Positions 1 to 12,079 of a stretch of 64,000 bases of DNA are shown one piece after another. The stretch lies in contig OX597820.1 in the NCBI GenBank assembly GCA_951406725.2, positions 682,001-746,000 of the forward strand. The letters run 5' to 3'. Source of the stretch: Octopus vulgaris. Its lineage: Eukaryota. Position 1 is the first letter of the stretch. Every line of letters starts with the position of its first letter. Made by a program: the position numbers and the translations under genes. The notes under the pieces are model-generated. The model was given only the letters and a program-made list of their open reading frames with translations, was not told the DNA's origin and ran no database searches.

Positions 1-159
1 ATTCTCTAACTCAATCTTCTTTCTTTTCCAGTAGGAGTATCCCTGTATCTACACCACAACAAAACACTTATCTGTCCCCCTGTACATCTAATTTTTCAAC
101 TGGCACAAAGTGACACCCTCTCAATACTACTCCCCACTACCAATTGATGGGATTTTGTC

Positions 160-376
160 TTGAGGTATTTGGTGATCTTGTTAGTGCCGGTGCCACATAA
201 AAAGCACCCAGTCCACACCCTGTAAAATGGTTGGCATTAGGAAGGACATCCAGCTGTAGAAACCATGCCAAAACAAACAATGAAGCCTGTTGGGGCTCCT
301 AGCCTTGTCAGCTCCTGTCAACCATCCAACCCATGCCAGCATGATGGAAAATTTGATCTTAAGTGATGATGATGAT
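160..376 (+). mobile_element. 3' end (UTR) fragment of RTE-type LINE family
   Basis: Carries the family motif TTGGCATTAGGAAGG.CATCCAGCTGTAGAAA...CCAACCCATGC.AGCATG and a (GAT)n tail. The same UTR is joined to RTE ORF sequence at 27168-28041. Confidence 0.7.
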
Positions 377-2048
377 ATATAAAAGATGAACGTCTTTCAG
401 TTTTTGTCAACCAAATACAGCCTCAGCCGATAGTAGAAGAGACTTGCCCAAGGTGTCATGTAGTGAGACTGAAATCAAAACCTTGTGGTTGAGAAAGTTT
501 CAAGTTCCCATTTCTCAGAATTGTGATGAATGAGAATGTGAAATTCTGAGTAACAGTTTTGTGCATATATATTTTGCAGGGTTAAGATTAGGGTTATATA
601 AAATACTTCTGATTCATCATCTTTCTTCCCCTTAAATATGAGTCACCGTGTAGCTCCGCTACAAGAACCTGCTCTACCCCAACCTCAACTCTCAAAACCC
701 ATCTAAAACAAGGATGCACTCCTCTCCTTGGATTTTGTAGACTTGTGAGCTGCATGGTAACCTCAGTAGTACTAGTGACATGAAAAAGCACTGGTTAGCA
801 TTAGAAAGGGTTTGCAGCAGGGAACAGTGCAGTCCTTTGATTCATCAGATCCAGTCAAACTGTTCAATTCATGCAACACGGACGTTAAATGATGGTATCA
901 TCATTTCACATACAGGCTTTTAATTTTCATCTACCAAATTCACTCATGGTTGGGGACAACAGAAGACACTTGCCTAAGGTGCTGTCCTAACACCACATGG
1001 TTAGAAAGCAAGTTTCCATACTACATAGCCATGCCTTTTTAAAAATTAGTGAAAGGAAAAGAAACCAGTTGTCTTCAGCAAGATTTGAACTAAGTACATA
1101 AAGAGATGTAAATAAATTCTGCGGTTTTTGTTTTTTTTTTGTATATATTCTGTTACATCTGACATTCTTATTTACAGCCATACACATTCAGAGCTTGTAA
1201 ACTTGCGAGACAAACAGATCTGGTGCAGACTGGGCAAGTCATTGAGGTCGTAAATGATGCTAAAAGGACTTTGACGAATATAGCTGATTGATTGACTAAA
1301 TGATTAATCAAACAATCAATTATTTAAGTAGTTAACTAGTTGATTAATAATAATAATAATAATGATGACGATAATAAAAGAAGTGAAATAGAACCAACGC
1401 GTTTATTATTGACGTAATGACCGTCCTGAGATACAAAAATATGTTCTAACATACGAGTTCACACCAAAAATCTTGCAAACCAAATACAAATACGAAATAG
1501 TGAAAGTGGATTTATTTTGTAAATCTAATAGCTTTCGGTGGTTTCTGGGTATAACTGATTTTTTAATACAATATTCGTCCTTATTTGCTGTCGATTTGAA
1601 TGAACTTCCGATTCATTATTATTTAAATTACATTTTAACTTTATTTACAACATTGGTGTTGATTTTAACACGGCGTGGGGAAGACTCTGAGACATCATTT
1701 GACATTTAAAAGAGAAAAAAAAAATAATTTAAACAAATGGGAATCCTCCCTGTCAAGTTTGTTTCCGCCAAATGGCATTGACCAAACAATATTCCTTGCA
1801 GACAATTTGATGTCCCTCATTAAAAAATGTTTATAAAGTGATTTATGTGGCGACAGAATGGATATAATGTAGTTGACAAAATATATAGTATGTAGTATCC
1901 TGTTTGATACGTTTTGTAATACTTTTATAATAAATTCTTATTAAACAATCAGTAAATAACGATATTTTGATATTCTCAAAATAACAAAAAACATCAGGAA
2001 TGGTTAAGAGTTCCGCTACAAATGACACTTTAGGCTCTTAATACTTAC

Positions 2049-2320
2049 GGCAATATTTCATAAATGACGGTTTCTCTCGTTGTAGAGAAAATATTTTATG
2101 CAAGATATTATTAGAACTTTGTCTGGCATTTGAGAAATGAGAAATATTTTTAAAAAGACGTTATTTTCACATTTGATCAATATTTTCGTTTCCGGGAAAC
2201 AGGACGGAAGTGAAAGCTACTCTTACAGCGCATGCGTATCTATTATTCTACTTTCATTTAATTTCCATTAATTTCTATCACAGCTAATTGTTTCTATCGT
2301 ATTTGGTCATGTAATTGGAT
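2049..2320 (-). promoter_or_regulatory. Putative promoter and non-coding first exon of a minus-strand gene extending left of the window
   Basis: Cluster of ETS-like CGGAAGTG (~2204-2211), NRF1-like GCGCATGCGT (~2228-2237) and ATTGG. A strong minus-strand donor CC|GTAAGTAT lies at 2048. Confidence 0.4.
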
Positions 2321-3111
2321 TCCATTTATTCACTAGGATGTTTTATAGGAATATTAAATTGATTCTGAGGGGTTACTTTGATCGGCCTTTGATGATAAAA
2401 TTGGATTCTTTTTATTTGGGACTTTTTTTGTGGGTGTCACCAAAATTCCAATGTCAGTCTATTCTACATTTCGCATAAAGGGACGCACCACCTATGTTAA
2501 TCAGCTGTTCAGAAGTTGGTTGTTTTGATATTGGAAGTAAATTAAGGGAAACAATTAAACGGACAAAGGTAGATTTTTTTCCCTGTGTGTAACGAGAATG
2601 TTATTAGTGGATAGCTTCTTTCTCGAAACACTATAACAAAAGTGACAGAGATGAACTTACATAGCAAGTGTTTCGATCTGAGTTTATGTGCTGAAAGTAA
2701 AGCGATTGCAGCGTACAAGACACAGGTTAGCCATTCAGAAACACACAATGCCTGTCAACCTCACGTATATATTTATGTGTAATAAGGTGTCAAAACTTTC
2801 GTCGCTTGAAACTGACAAAGAATTTTGCTGCATCTGAAAATTCTTGAAAATACTGTGGTAAGATGGCTTGGGATGTTTCTCTTGGTGTTTTGTTTTTGTT
2901 GGTTGCCCATAGCGGCTCAGTTATTAATGAAACATGATGACTTTTGGTATCAGCTGGGGGTTTTATATATATATATATATATATATATTCATTCTCATTT
3001 CTTCCGGCCCTATTATTCGTAGAATACAATGTTGGTCGGAGGACTGAAGGTTTTACGGAGTTGCTCTCTGGACTGTCGTATGTTAGAGTAGTATTAGCAG
3101 TAGTAATGGTA

Positions 3112-3323
3112 GTTCTATATTTAAGAGATGAGGAATTAGGTACATTTGACGGATATTTGTCCTCATCTTGTTTGTTGTTAATACAACGTTTCGGCTGAGA
3201 AGCCAGGTTCGAAGTTTCCCCAAGACACTGGATGAAGGCTCCAGCCTTCGGGTACATCAGCCGAAACGTTGTGTTAACAACAAATAAGATGAGGACAAAT
3301 ACCCGTCAGATGTAAATAATGTA
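3112..3323. mobile_element. Penelope-like inverted pLTR hairpin with degenerate hammerhead motif
   Basis: About 58-bp inverted arms (TACATTTGACGGATATTTGTCCTCATC...TTTCGGCTGA / TCAGCCGAAACGTTGTGTT...GATGTA). Same sequence family as 61890-62162. The CTGATGA core is damaged here (CTGGATGA) but GAAACGTTGTGTT is intact. Confidence 0.6.
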
Positions 3324-4406
3324 GCAGTAACCATAGTTGGGTACGTTTTGTTTTGTCTTTTCACCCTCGTTAAAAAAATTGCAATTAAAAAATGGGATTA
3401 CCTCCCCACTAAAAACTTGAGTTATCTCCCATATGCAAAAACCTTTTTCGACTGAGCTTTATCTAGGCTTATCTTATTAATTTACATTTAGGACATTGCA
3501 AGGACTAATACAAATACTGTCTTAATATAAAACAAACATCGAAATTTTAAGGATTTGATGTAGAGTTAAATCTTAATAAATATTATCTTTTTGAGAAAGC
3601 TTTTTCGAAGACAGTTCAGTTGGGAAGAGTCCATTTGCAAATACACACACACATATATAGGAAGAGAAAGAAAGCACACCCTGTGAAAGTCGACCCCCAT
3701 CCCGACCCCACCCGACTCTCACTCTGCCCCTATCCTCCCCCTACATGCACCAACCCTCTGCACACCCTACCGACACAAAGACAAACACACAGGAGCCCTG
3801 AAACTGCCTCTCCACCGTTCTATGAGAAAAAATACATAAATATATGACAGGACAAATAGAGAACATTATGGAAAAATGGACACATGGGACAAATATGATA
3901 AAAGTAAATCCGAATTACCATGGTGATATAATTGTGTGGTGCCAAACAATTATCAAGAATAAATGACTACGATGGGGACTATGGATACAGGGTCAAGAAA
4001 ATTAGTACCAGCCAATTACTTAAGTAGATTATCATGACCTTCACGATGATTATAATAAACAGATTCTTCAGAAGGATGAAGATTAACAGTGTTTTAAAGT
4101 CGCTCGGAGGTGGGGGCCGAACAGCTTCATTTCATTTTTCATCCATTATTTTAGCCATCCCTTACATTGTTTTGTTTTTTTTTTTTGTTCCCACCTTGTA
4201 TTGTCTCCTCTATGTTGACCCTTGTCGGTAATAAAGAAGTTTTTATATTTATGGATTACTTACATTCACGCACTACAGTAGAAGTGATGAAAGTCGAAAG
4301 TTGATAATTGTTGCTGGTTTCATGTTTTCTAAACACGTCTTACACTTTGTTTTATTGTCTTATGGCAGTTTGTTGATGCTTTCCCCCTTCTTCAAAGGGG
4401 GTAGCA

Positions 4407-4846
4407 TTGGTGTTAAGGATGGAGCATGAAAACCTCAGCCCCTCGGAGCTTACGTATTCCAAAGAGGAACTACTGAGGTTTGTAAAAATAATGGAGGAAC
4501 AAATGGAGAAGAAAAGAAATTGTGTTGCAATGGCTAAGAGTCACAGCAACGAAATTGAATTATCAGAACTAAGCAAATATACGAACATGTTTTGTAGGGA
4601 AGGGTGCGATGCATAGATGTCCCCTCCCAAAGAAGTTTTAAAAGCAACCAAGGAGAGAACTATCATATACAGGATATGCTCTGTAAAAACAAAGAAAATA
4701 GAGATTATTTTGACCATCCAAGTCAAAAAAGCTTTAAAACTAATCTGGCAAGGGATTTCTTACCTTGCCAGAGGAAGGAAGTTTGGAATGGTAGAGGTGT
4801 GCTTCTAAGAAGCCTGAAAGATGGGAGAAGGGTTACTTCTACCCAT
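4407..4846 (+). pseudogene. Decayed ORF1 fragment of Tx1/L1-type LINE (left part, split by CR1 insertion)
   Basis: SPPKEVLKATKERTIIYR and FDHPSQ match TPPNKLKNKIKERTIIYK and FEHPEE of the ORF1 at 33739-34368. Several frameshifts. Confidence 0.6.
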
Positions 4847-6496
4847 TTTCAAACAAGATGATGGTCATGAACCCCCTCCATTTGATAGATCGGTACCTCC
4901 AATGCTTTGATTGGTCATCACGCGGGACGAAGTCAAACGTGTTATTCAAGGCCTCGATGTCAACAAGGGTCACGGCCCTGATGGCATACACCCACAGGTT
5001 ATCAAAGCGTTGGCTCAGGTCATCTGCGAACCTTTAACACTTCTCTTAAAATATGTCATTGGCGACGGGTGTTATACCTGCGGACTGGAGAACAGCGATA
5101 ATCTGCCCAATTTTCAAGAAAGGGAGCCGCAAAGACCCGCTTAACTATCGACCGGCTTCCCTTACATCAATAATCAGCAAGATGTTCGAAACCATCCTTA
5201 AGAAAAGTATGATGCTCCACCTCCAAAACACAGCCTCTATCTCTGATTCCCAACACGGCTTTGTGCCGAAGAGATCATGCTTGACCAACTTACTGGTAAT
5301 GGAAGAATTGGTGACGCGCATCCTCGATGATAGTGATGCTGTTGACATCGTTTTATTAGACTTTGCCAAAGCTTTTGACTCGGTAAACCACCGCCTATTA
5401 CTTGTCAAGCTTCAAGCATATAGTTTCCATCCGGATATTGTACGATGGGTTGGTGCCTTCCTCTCAGATCACTCCTTCCAAGTCCAAGTTAATGGTTCGT
5501 GGTCCGACGTCTCCAGTGCGAGCAGTGGCATGCCTCAAGGTTCAGTGCTTGGGCCCTTATTGTTCTTAGTCTTCATAAATGACTTGCCCGACGACCTCAC
5601 GCAACACACCCTTCTATTTGCCGATGATGTCAAACTGGTCGCTCCTCGCGGTGATATAGAGGATCTTCGTCGATGCCTCCACCAAATTTGGAGGTGGTCT
5701 AACGAATGGGACCTGTGTCTGAACGTGTCAAAGTGCTGTCATCTGCCTGTTGGCTCTCCTCCTGCAACTCAACTTGATTTCGAGCCAGGTCATCTGCTGC
5801 TGGAGATGACCGATCAGGTAAAGGACCTGGGTATCTTGGTGGATTCCTCCTTTTCGCCTTCGGCCCAGTGCATCCATGCTGCTAACAAAGCACGCGGAAT
5901 TCAGTTCTTGATTCGACGGTCATTCGGAATGCTCACAGCAGCCATATTCCTACCACTCTATGTCACGCTGGTGAGACCCATATTGGAGTACGGGATTCAA
6001 GCCTCTTCTCCTTATCTCCTCAAAGACATACAGCATCTCGAAAGAGTCCAGAAGCTGGCTACCCGCATCGTTCATGGTCTCAAAAATTTGTCCTATGAAG
6101 AAAGGCTGAGGACGCTCGACCTTTATTCTCTAGAAAAACGCCGCCGCCATGGTGATCTCATTCTTGCTCACAACATCATAAGCGTAAAGTGTAACCTCTC
6201 GAAAGAGCTGTTCTTCACTCCTGCTCCAGAGCGTTGGCTGCAGGGTCATTCCGAAAAGCTCTACCTGCGACGATTTCATCTCAATCGAAGGAGAGGAGCT
6301 TTCTGTCCGGGTTGCGGATCCGTGGAACAAGCTGCCGGACAAGATGGTGAAGATGCCGACGACCGCTTTGTTCAAAGTCTCCCTTGACCTCAAGTGGCCT
6401 GAACTCTTTATATGAACACCACCCTGTACTTAACTCCATGTCCCCCTACATGGCCTTGCTTTTTGCTTTTTGAGCCAAAAAATTAACTAACTAACT
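4847..6496 (+). mobile_element. 5'-truncated CR1-clade LINE (reverse transcriptase ORF2 fragment)
   Basis: ORFs 4911-5144 and 5053-6387 carry GPDGIHP, YRPASLTS, QHGF, DFAKAFDSV, GMPQGSVLGPLLF, LFADD and LERVQ. Frameshifted near 5050; ends in a (TAAC)n tail at ~6484-6496. Confidence 0.93.
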
Positions 6497-6745
6497 ATAT
6501 ACCTTGGGAGACGTGCTTCCAGGTCTAGGATAGAAGATATACACTGAGATTGATGTAGCCTGGACCTCACTGAGATAATAAGGGACTGTGAGTGGTGGAA
6601 ATTTGGTGGAAATTACTTGAAGCTAAGTAAAATTGCAGTCATCCATAAGTATGACATCCTTTATGTCAATGGCCCCGCACTCCCTCTCCTAGATGAAGTC
6701 TTTGTCTTGCAGGTGCCAAGTAAAATGAATTCATACTGGAGCTAT
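6497..6745 (+). pseudogene. Decayed ORF1 fragment of Tx1/L1-type LINE (right part)
   Basis: Reads YLGRRASRSRIEDI, matching YLGRRMSRIKI of ORF1 at 33739. It rejoins 4846 as LLPIYLGRR. Confidence 0.55.
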
Positions 6746-8015
6746 ATAAATGCACATAAAAAGCACCTGGCACACTCTGTGGTGTGGTTTGCATTATGAA
6801 GGGCATCCAGCCATAGAAATCACGCCAAAACAGAATTGGAGTCTGGACAGTTCCAGTCAAATCATCCAACCCATGCCAGAATGGAAAATGGCCATATGAT
6901 AATAGTAATAACAGAATTGGTAATTTAGTTACAGCTTTATAATCTGAATTCAAATCCCAATAAATTAATCTTTATCTTATATTATTCTTGGCTTGATCAA
7001 GAATTATTTAAGTTTAATGCTGGTTTATGTTCAATTCTCAAGACAGCCATCAAAATTTCTTGCTTGTTACCAATGTTAGAAATTGAGGTTTATTAATCAA
7101 TCCTGACAGAGTACATCAAATTAGCAGAAGCATCCACTTTCTCGTTCTTTGTATTTCTGCAACAGTTGATAGGGTTTTCATTCACCCGGCATTAATAAAA
7201 TGAGGTTAAGCCATGTCTCACCCCTAATATTTTTATTTCATTTTACTCAAGTAAAAACAAAAATTTTCTTTCTTTCATTCTTAATACCACACCTTAGGAA
7301 AATTGACATTGTGCTAATGATCAGAAATTCATCATAGAAATTTAGCTTTGTTCTTAAACTGAATTCCTTGATCCTAACCACAATGTCAATTTTGTTAAGG
7401 TATGAGATGAACTCACCCAAGTAGATCACTGGTAATTATTTTCTATCATCTTAACAAAAAATGAAAGACAATGCCAGTTTGGTATAAATCCAACTCATAA
7501 GGATTTCCCAAACTACATGAGGTAAAATAACAAAGATGGTTTTATAGTTTTAACCACTTACTCCCGACAATAGACACAAAGGTTTAGAGAAATAGCTAAC
7601 CTTACTTAATATTCTAATTCAGGAAATTTTAGCCCAAATATTTCTTGTTTACAGCTGTAGAAGCAAAGATGTGCAGAATGAGGAATGTTATTTATGTGCA
7701 AATATCAATACTTATTTTTTTTACACAACACAAGGCAACATAAAAATAGCTTATGCTGCAGAGTTGGTTGTTTCAGATATTACAAATAAAGTATCACACA
7801 CACATGCTTTTGTTCAAAAATGGTATCAGTTTCTAACAGCAATCAGTGACTGGGAAAACATTCTCCAGGGGTATTTGATTTGCTTACTAATCAACTGACT
7901 GATTACATATGTTCACAGAATATCAATCATCATTAAAATTCAATACCACATTATCCTGCTATTCCTTTCATTAACTTAATAACCTCTAAAATTTAGTTTA
8001 AAATTATATAACTTC

Positions 8016-8723
8016 TGTTATAAACCCAAACTCGGATATCAAAGTTTAAAAGGTTCACATACAGTCTGTCCAGAGTTTGAATTGCTTGAGTAATTCTCAC
8101 ATTCACTTATGAGTTCATAAACGTCTTTATCTACATGCGCTATTAAACACCTAAGTTTGCTTTCATCAGTGATTGGCAGTTCTGCAGGAAATGATTCTAA
8201 AAAATGTTTAAAAGTTCTGAACCAATATTTCCATTCTTTCGAAGCTTGACTCAAACTTGGATCAGCAGTGAACAAATTTGGTTTTATAAATTTGCTGTGC
8301 ATTCTCTCTCTTGCTCTAGCTGTATTTTTTTTAGTTGATTAAATTGTTATAAACCCAAACTCGAATATCAAAGTTTACAAACTCATAAGTGAATGTGAGA
8401 ATTACTCGGAAGCAATTCAAACTCTGGAGAGACTGTATGTGAAACCTTTTAAACTTTGATATTCGAGTTTGGGTTTATAACAATTTAATCGACTAAAAAT
8501 ACAGCAATATACAATACAAATAAAGATTGCTAAATTGTAAGCAAAACCAAACTTCAACGCAATATCATTTTTTACGTAGCAAATTTCTACATTCTCAACT
8601 AACTAAAATCAACGCTGAACACGTTGTGCCGCAAACAGAACAGAACTCCGCGCAGTCGCACTGCAGGCATGTGACAGCAATCGAGACAATCAAAATCACG
8701 TGATCAAAACTAAAATCCCAACA
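8016..8723 (-). mobile_element. Short rearranged Gypsy-derived element (TGT..ACA) with gag N-terminal fragment
   Basis: Ends TGTT..AACA, flanked by ACTTC/ACTTG (imperfect 5-bp TSD). ORF 8039-8302 (ADPSLSQASKEWKYWFRTFKHFL...YELISECENY) resembles Gypsy gag N-termini. Internal inverted repeats. Confidence 0.6.
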
Positions 8724-9489
8724 ACTTGACCAATTTAGAGTAACTTCTAATATCCATGGATCAAGTTAAGGAATTCCTAAGTTTAGGATTAGATCAGCAC
8801 AAATTTTCATCAGATGTTCAACATAAAAAAAAAAGAGGAAAACAATAATTTGAGAACAATTCAGATTTATTAACATTTCAGGTTGTTAAGAATATTTACA
8901 AAGGAGTGACGAGAGCAGAGCTTGAGGCTTTGGCCATCACAGATGAATAGGAAAAGAGATTCAAGAAACTGTAATAATATCATATACAACAGACACGTAC
9001 AACACAAGCCAGCAAGCACAGTAGACATTAAAACATTGATGATGATTCACAAATTATTATATTACATTGTATTTAAATTAAACTTAAGGCTACGTTGAGA
9101 CAAATTAACATTCACTTAAACAATCAAACCATAAAGAAATAATTTTTAAAACTATCTTGCTAGCCACAAAATAATTTGCCTTGATGGGATACCTAATAAA
9201 AATAAACCCTGATGCAAGAAAGTTTGCAGAACACAGATATATATCCATCCTATTATGGAATGAGGAAATATTTTCTTATGATTTGTTACTTATACATTAG
9301 TGAGGTTATGTGAGATTACATTTCACAATGGTAAAATAGACCAATACTATCTTATGCAAATGGTCTAAAAGCACGTTAAACATGTATTCCATAGATGTAG
9401 TTAAGATTAATATAACATGTTGGGAGATTATCATCACATTGTTACAGCTTTTCTATCTACATACATTTATGGTTACATATTATGGCTCC

Positions 9490-9652
9490 TAGGCATAGGT
9501 GCGGCTGTATGGCTATAAAGTTTGCACCCCAACCACAGGGTTTTGGGTTTAGTCCCACTGCATAGCATCTTGGGTAAGTGTATTCTGCTAGTCCTAGGCT
9601 GACCAAAAACTTTGTGAGCTGATTTAACAAATGAAAATTGACAGAAAGCCAT
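9490..9652 (+). mobile_element. tRNA-derived SINE head (family with many copies in the window)
   Basis: Degenerate A/B boxes (GGCTGTATGG..., GGGTTTAGTCCC) followed by CTTGGGTAAGTG. Related copies at ~390-500(-), 915-1035(-), 42897-43075(+), 50560-50710(-), 58082-58240(+), 58968-59350(+) and 61070-61235(-). Confidence 0.65.
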
Positions 9653-9692
9653 TATATATATATATGTGTGTGTGGGAGTGTAAATATACATA

Positions 9693-11094
9693 CATGGTCA
9701 TCCCATAAATAATGTTGTTTTTCAGACTGTACGTGAAAATGGAGGTCACGGAAGAGCACATTAGACATGTCATGGCAATTATGCAACAAATGCTGTAATA
9801 AATGTGCAAAAAGTGTGGTGAAGGTATTTTGAATATTCAACAATGGTTCCATATAAATTTCAACAAGAGGACTTTAGCTTGGAAGATGCCTGTCTCTTTT
9901 CATAATGATGTGTTGAAAGCTGCTACTGGAAGAAATCCATATGCAACTGTTGAGGAGTTAACAGAAGAGGTTATTTCAATGCCATCAACTGTCCATTGTC
10001 ATTTTCAAGAACTTGGAATTGTGTCTAAGCTTGGTAAGTGGGCTTCACAAGAACTGGATGAAAACAATCAAAGAGAATGTGTCAATATCTGCACTGCTCT
10101 TTCTTCTTTTTGAACTGCCAAGTGACTGGTGATCAAAAGTGGACACCCTTTAGTATCGCCAACATCAATCGGTTGAACCAGAACAAACATCATCGTTTAA
10201 CGTCCGCTTTCCATGGTGACATCGGTTGCACGGTTTGACTGAGCACTGGCGAGCCAGATACCTGCGCCAGGCTCCAATCTGATCTGGCAGTGTTTCTACA
10301 GCTGGATGCCCTTCCTAATGCCAACCACTCCGAGAGTGTAGTGGGTGCTTTTACGTGCCACCGGCATGAGGGCCAGTCAGGTGGTACTGGCAGCAGCCAC
10401 ACTCAAATGGTGTTTTTTACGTGCCACCAGCACAGGAGCCAATTCTGCGGCACTGGCAACGACCTCACTCGAATGTGGTCTTTCACGTGCCACCAGCACA
10501 GGAGCCAGTCCAGCGGCACTGGCAACGACCTCACTCGAATGTGGTCTTTCACGTGCCACCAGCACTCGGAAAGTTTTGATAAGCATTTGGTGGAACACAT
10601 TTGGTGTAATACACTTTGAAACCTGACCACAAAACCAGACAATTACAGCTCAAGTGTAATGTGAACAAATTGATAAGATGAATGAAAAAAAAAACTTACA
10701 GAAAAAAGGTGACTTCTGGTCAATTGAAAAGGTGTCCTTTTCCATCATGACTATGTCAGATCTCACAACCTGTACCAAGATTGAAGAGCTAGGCTGGGAA
10801 AGGCTTCCACATCTTCCATATTCTCCTACCCTTGCTCCTTTACATTATCATTTATTCCAAATCTTGCAAAATTTTCATGATAGAAAAGAATACAATTCGC
10901 TAAAAGCACTTGAAATGGACCTTCAAGAGTTTTTCTCTTCTCAGCTAGCTGGTTTCTATACAAATAGCATAAAAAACTTTTTATATCATTGATTCAGATG
11001 GGGAATATATTGTTGATTAGATTGGTGCCTTACTCGTTTTTTGATTTCTTAAAAGCCTGCTACAAAAAATGACATTACTTATGGGAGGACCAGA
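9693..11094 (+). mobile_element. Decayed mariner (Tc1/mariner) DNA transposon
   Basis: About 30-bp TIRs (CATGGTCATCCCATAAATAATG / CATTACTTATGGGAGGACCAGA) flanked by TA. Transposase remnants WASQEL (WVPHEL), VTGDQKW, ISIWWN and HLPYSPTLAPLHYHLF (YSPDLAP). Interrupted by an RTE-UTR insertion. Confidence 0.88.
10188..10565 (-). mobile_element. RTE-LINE 3' UTR copy inserted in the mariner element
   Basis: Starts CATCATCGTTTAACGTCCGCTTTCCATG and has internal ~62-bp tandem units. It splits the transposase between the VTGD and IWWN motifs. Confidence 0.8.
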
Positions 11095-11109
11095 TATGTG
11101 TGTGTGTGT

Positions 11110-11684
11110 GCATATAAAACTCAACTTGTGTGTATGTGTGTGTTTTACTTCCAGGCACATCTCCTCCTAGCCAATAAATCGTAGAACCACCAAAATGGGT
11201 CACTTAAAGTTTAGGCGAATGAAAATTGAACTGCGCTATTTCTGTTCCAAAATTCATCTCGCAAGTGCAAAAATCGATAATGTGTTTATTTAAGCCTTAT
11301 CCCATGCATTGAATAGTGAACTTTACTCAGTCAGCTGTTTGACGTGAACTGTGTTTACCACGCGTGCAAGCATGTGTAAATTGCATGAAAAATAAAAAAT
11401 CAAGATATAAAAACAAATCGCCGTAAACATTGTAGAAATTCGGCAAAGAAACGAGTTTTCGGGATGTAGCTTGGAGGGGTTTTTCGTATTAATCGTTTGG
11501 ACTTTGTGAACACATACCAATTGTTTTCATAACATTTTTAACGCTTTGAATTAAATGTGACCATTTTGCGTTGAGTCTGCAGTTTGAATCACTTTAACCA
11601 AATTTTAGCAGGCCAGATTTTTGATCATCACGATGCATCACCAGCGACTCCCTGAAATCTCCGTTGAGCCGGGCAATACTGCTA

Positions 11685-11685
<1 letters not shown>
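11110..11685 (+). mobile_element. Non-autonomous Helitron-like element
   Basis: 3' end GCCGGGCAATACTGCTAG|T is almost identical to the Helitron end at 22398 and is followed by (TA)n. The 5' boundary is approximate. Confidence 0.55.

Positions 11686-11733
<48 letters not shown>
11686..11733. repeat. (TA)n microsatellite
   Basis: Perfect TA run. Confidence 0.95.
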
Positions 11734-11736
<3 letters not shown>

Positions 11737-12079
11737 CCAATTCTTAGATACATTCAACTCTACATGAGGCAGTAGGAATAGCAACACTATTGATAGTGTG
11801 TGAATGCAGAGATGCCTGATTGGCTGAAATATGAAACAGAATCAGTAATTGCATAATAAACATTATCAACCACAGCATATGTATTTAATGTATGCACTGT
11901 GTGTACTTGCTGGTAGGTTGCAATTTGGCATGGTGGAGATTAATTTGCGAAAACACTTGAAAATCATAGACAAGCATGGTGACACCACCACACCAAATCA
12001 CAGCCTACAAGCAAACACACATGGAATAAGCGTTAAGCATGTGCAGTGAATAACGTTTATTTAAATCTATTCTTATGTA

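Noticed and set aside
1178-1292. Possible plus-strand terminal exon (PYTFRACKLARQTDLVQTGQVIEVVND...)
   Set aside because: There is an acceptor-like TTTACAG and a short open frame, but no recognisable homology and no partner exon in the window.
3620-4240. Possible 3' end of an L1/Tx1-type element
   Set aside because: T-rich UTR-like end with AATAAAG, but no coding motif I can recognise to support a call.
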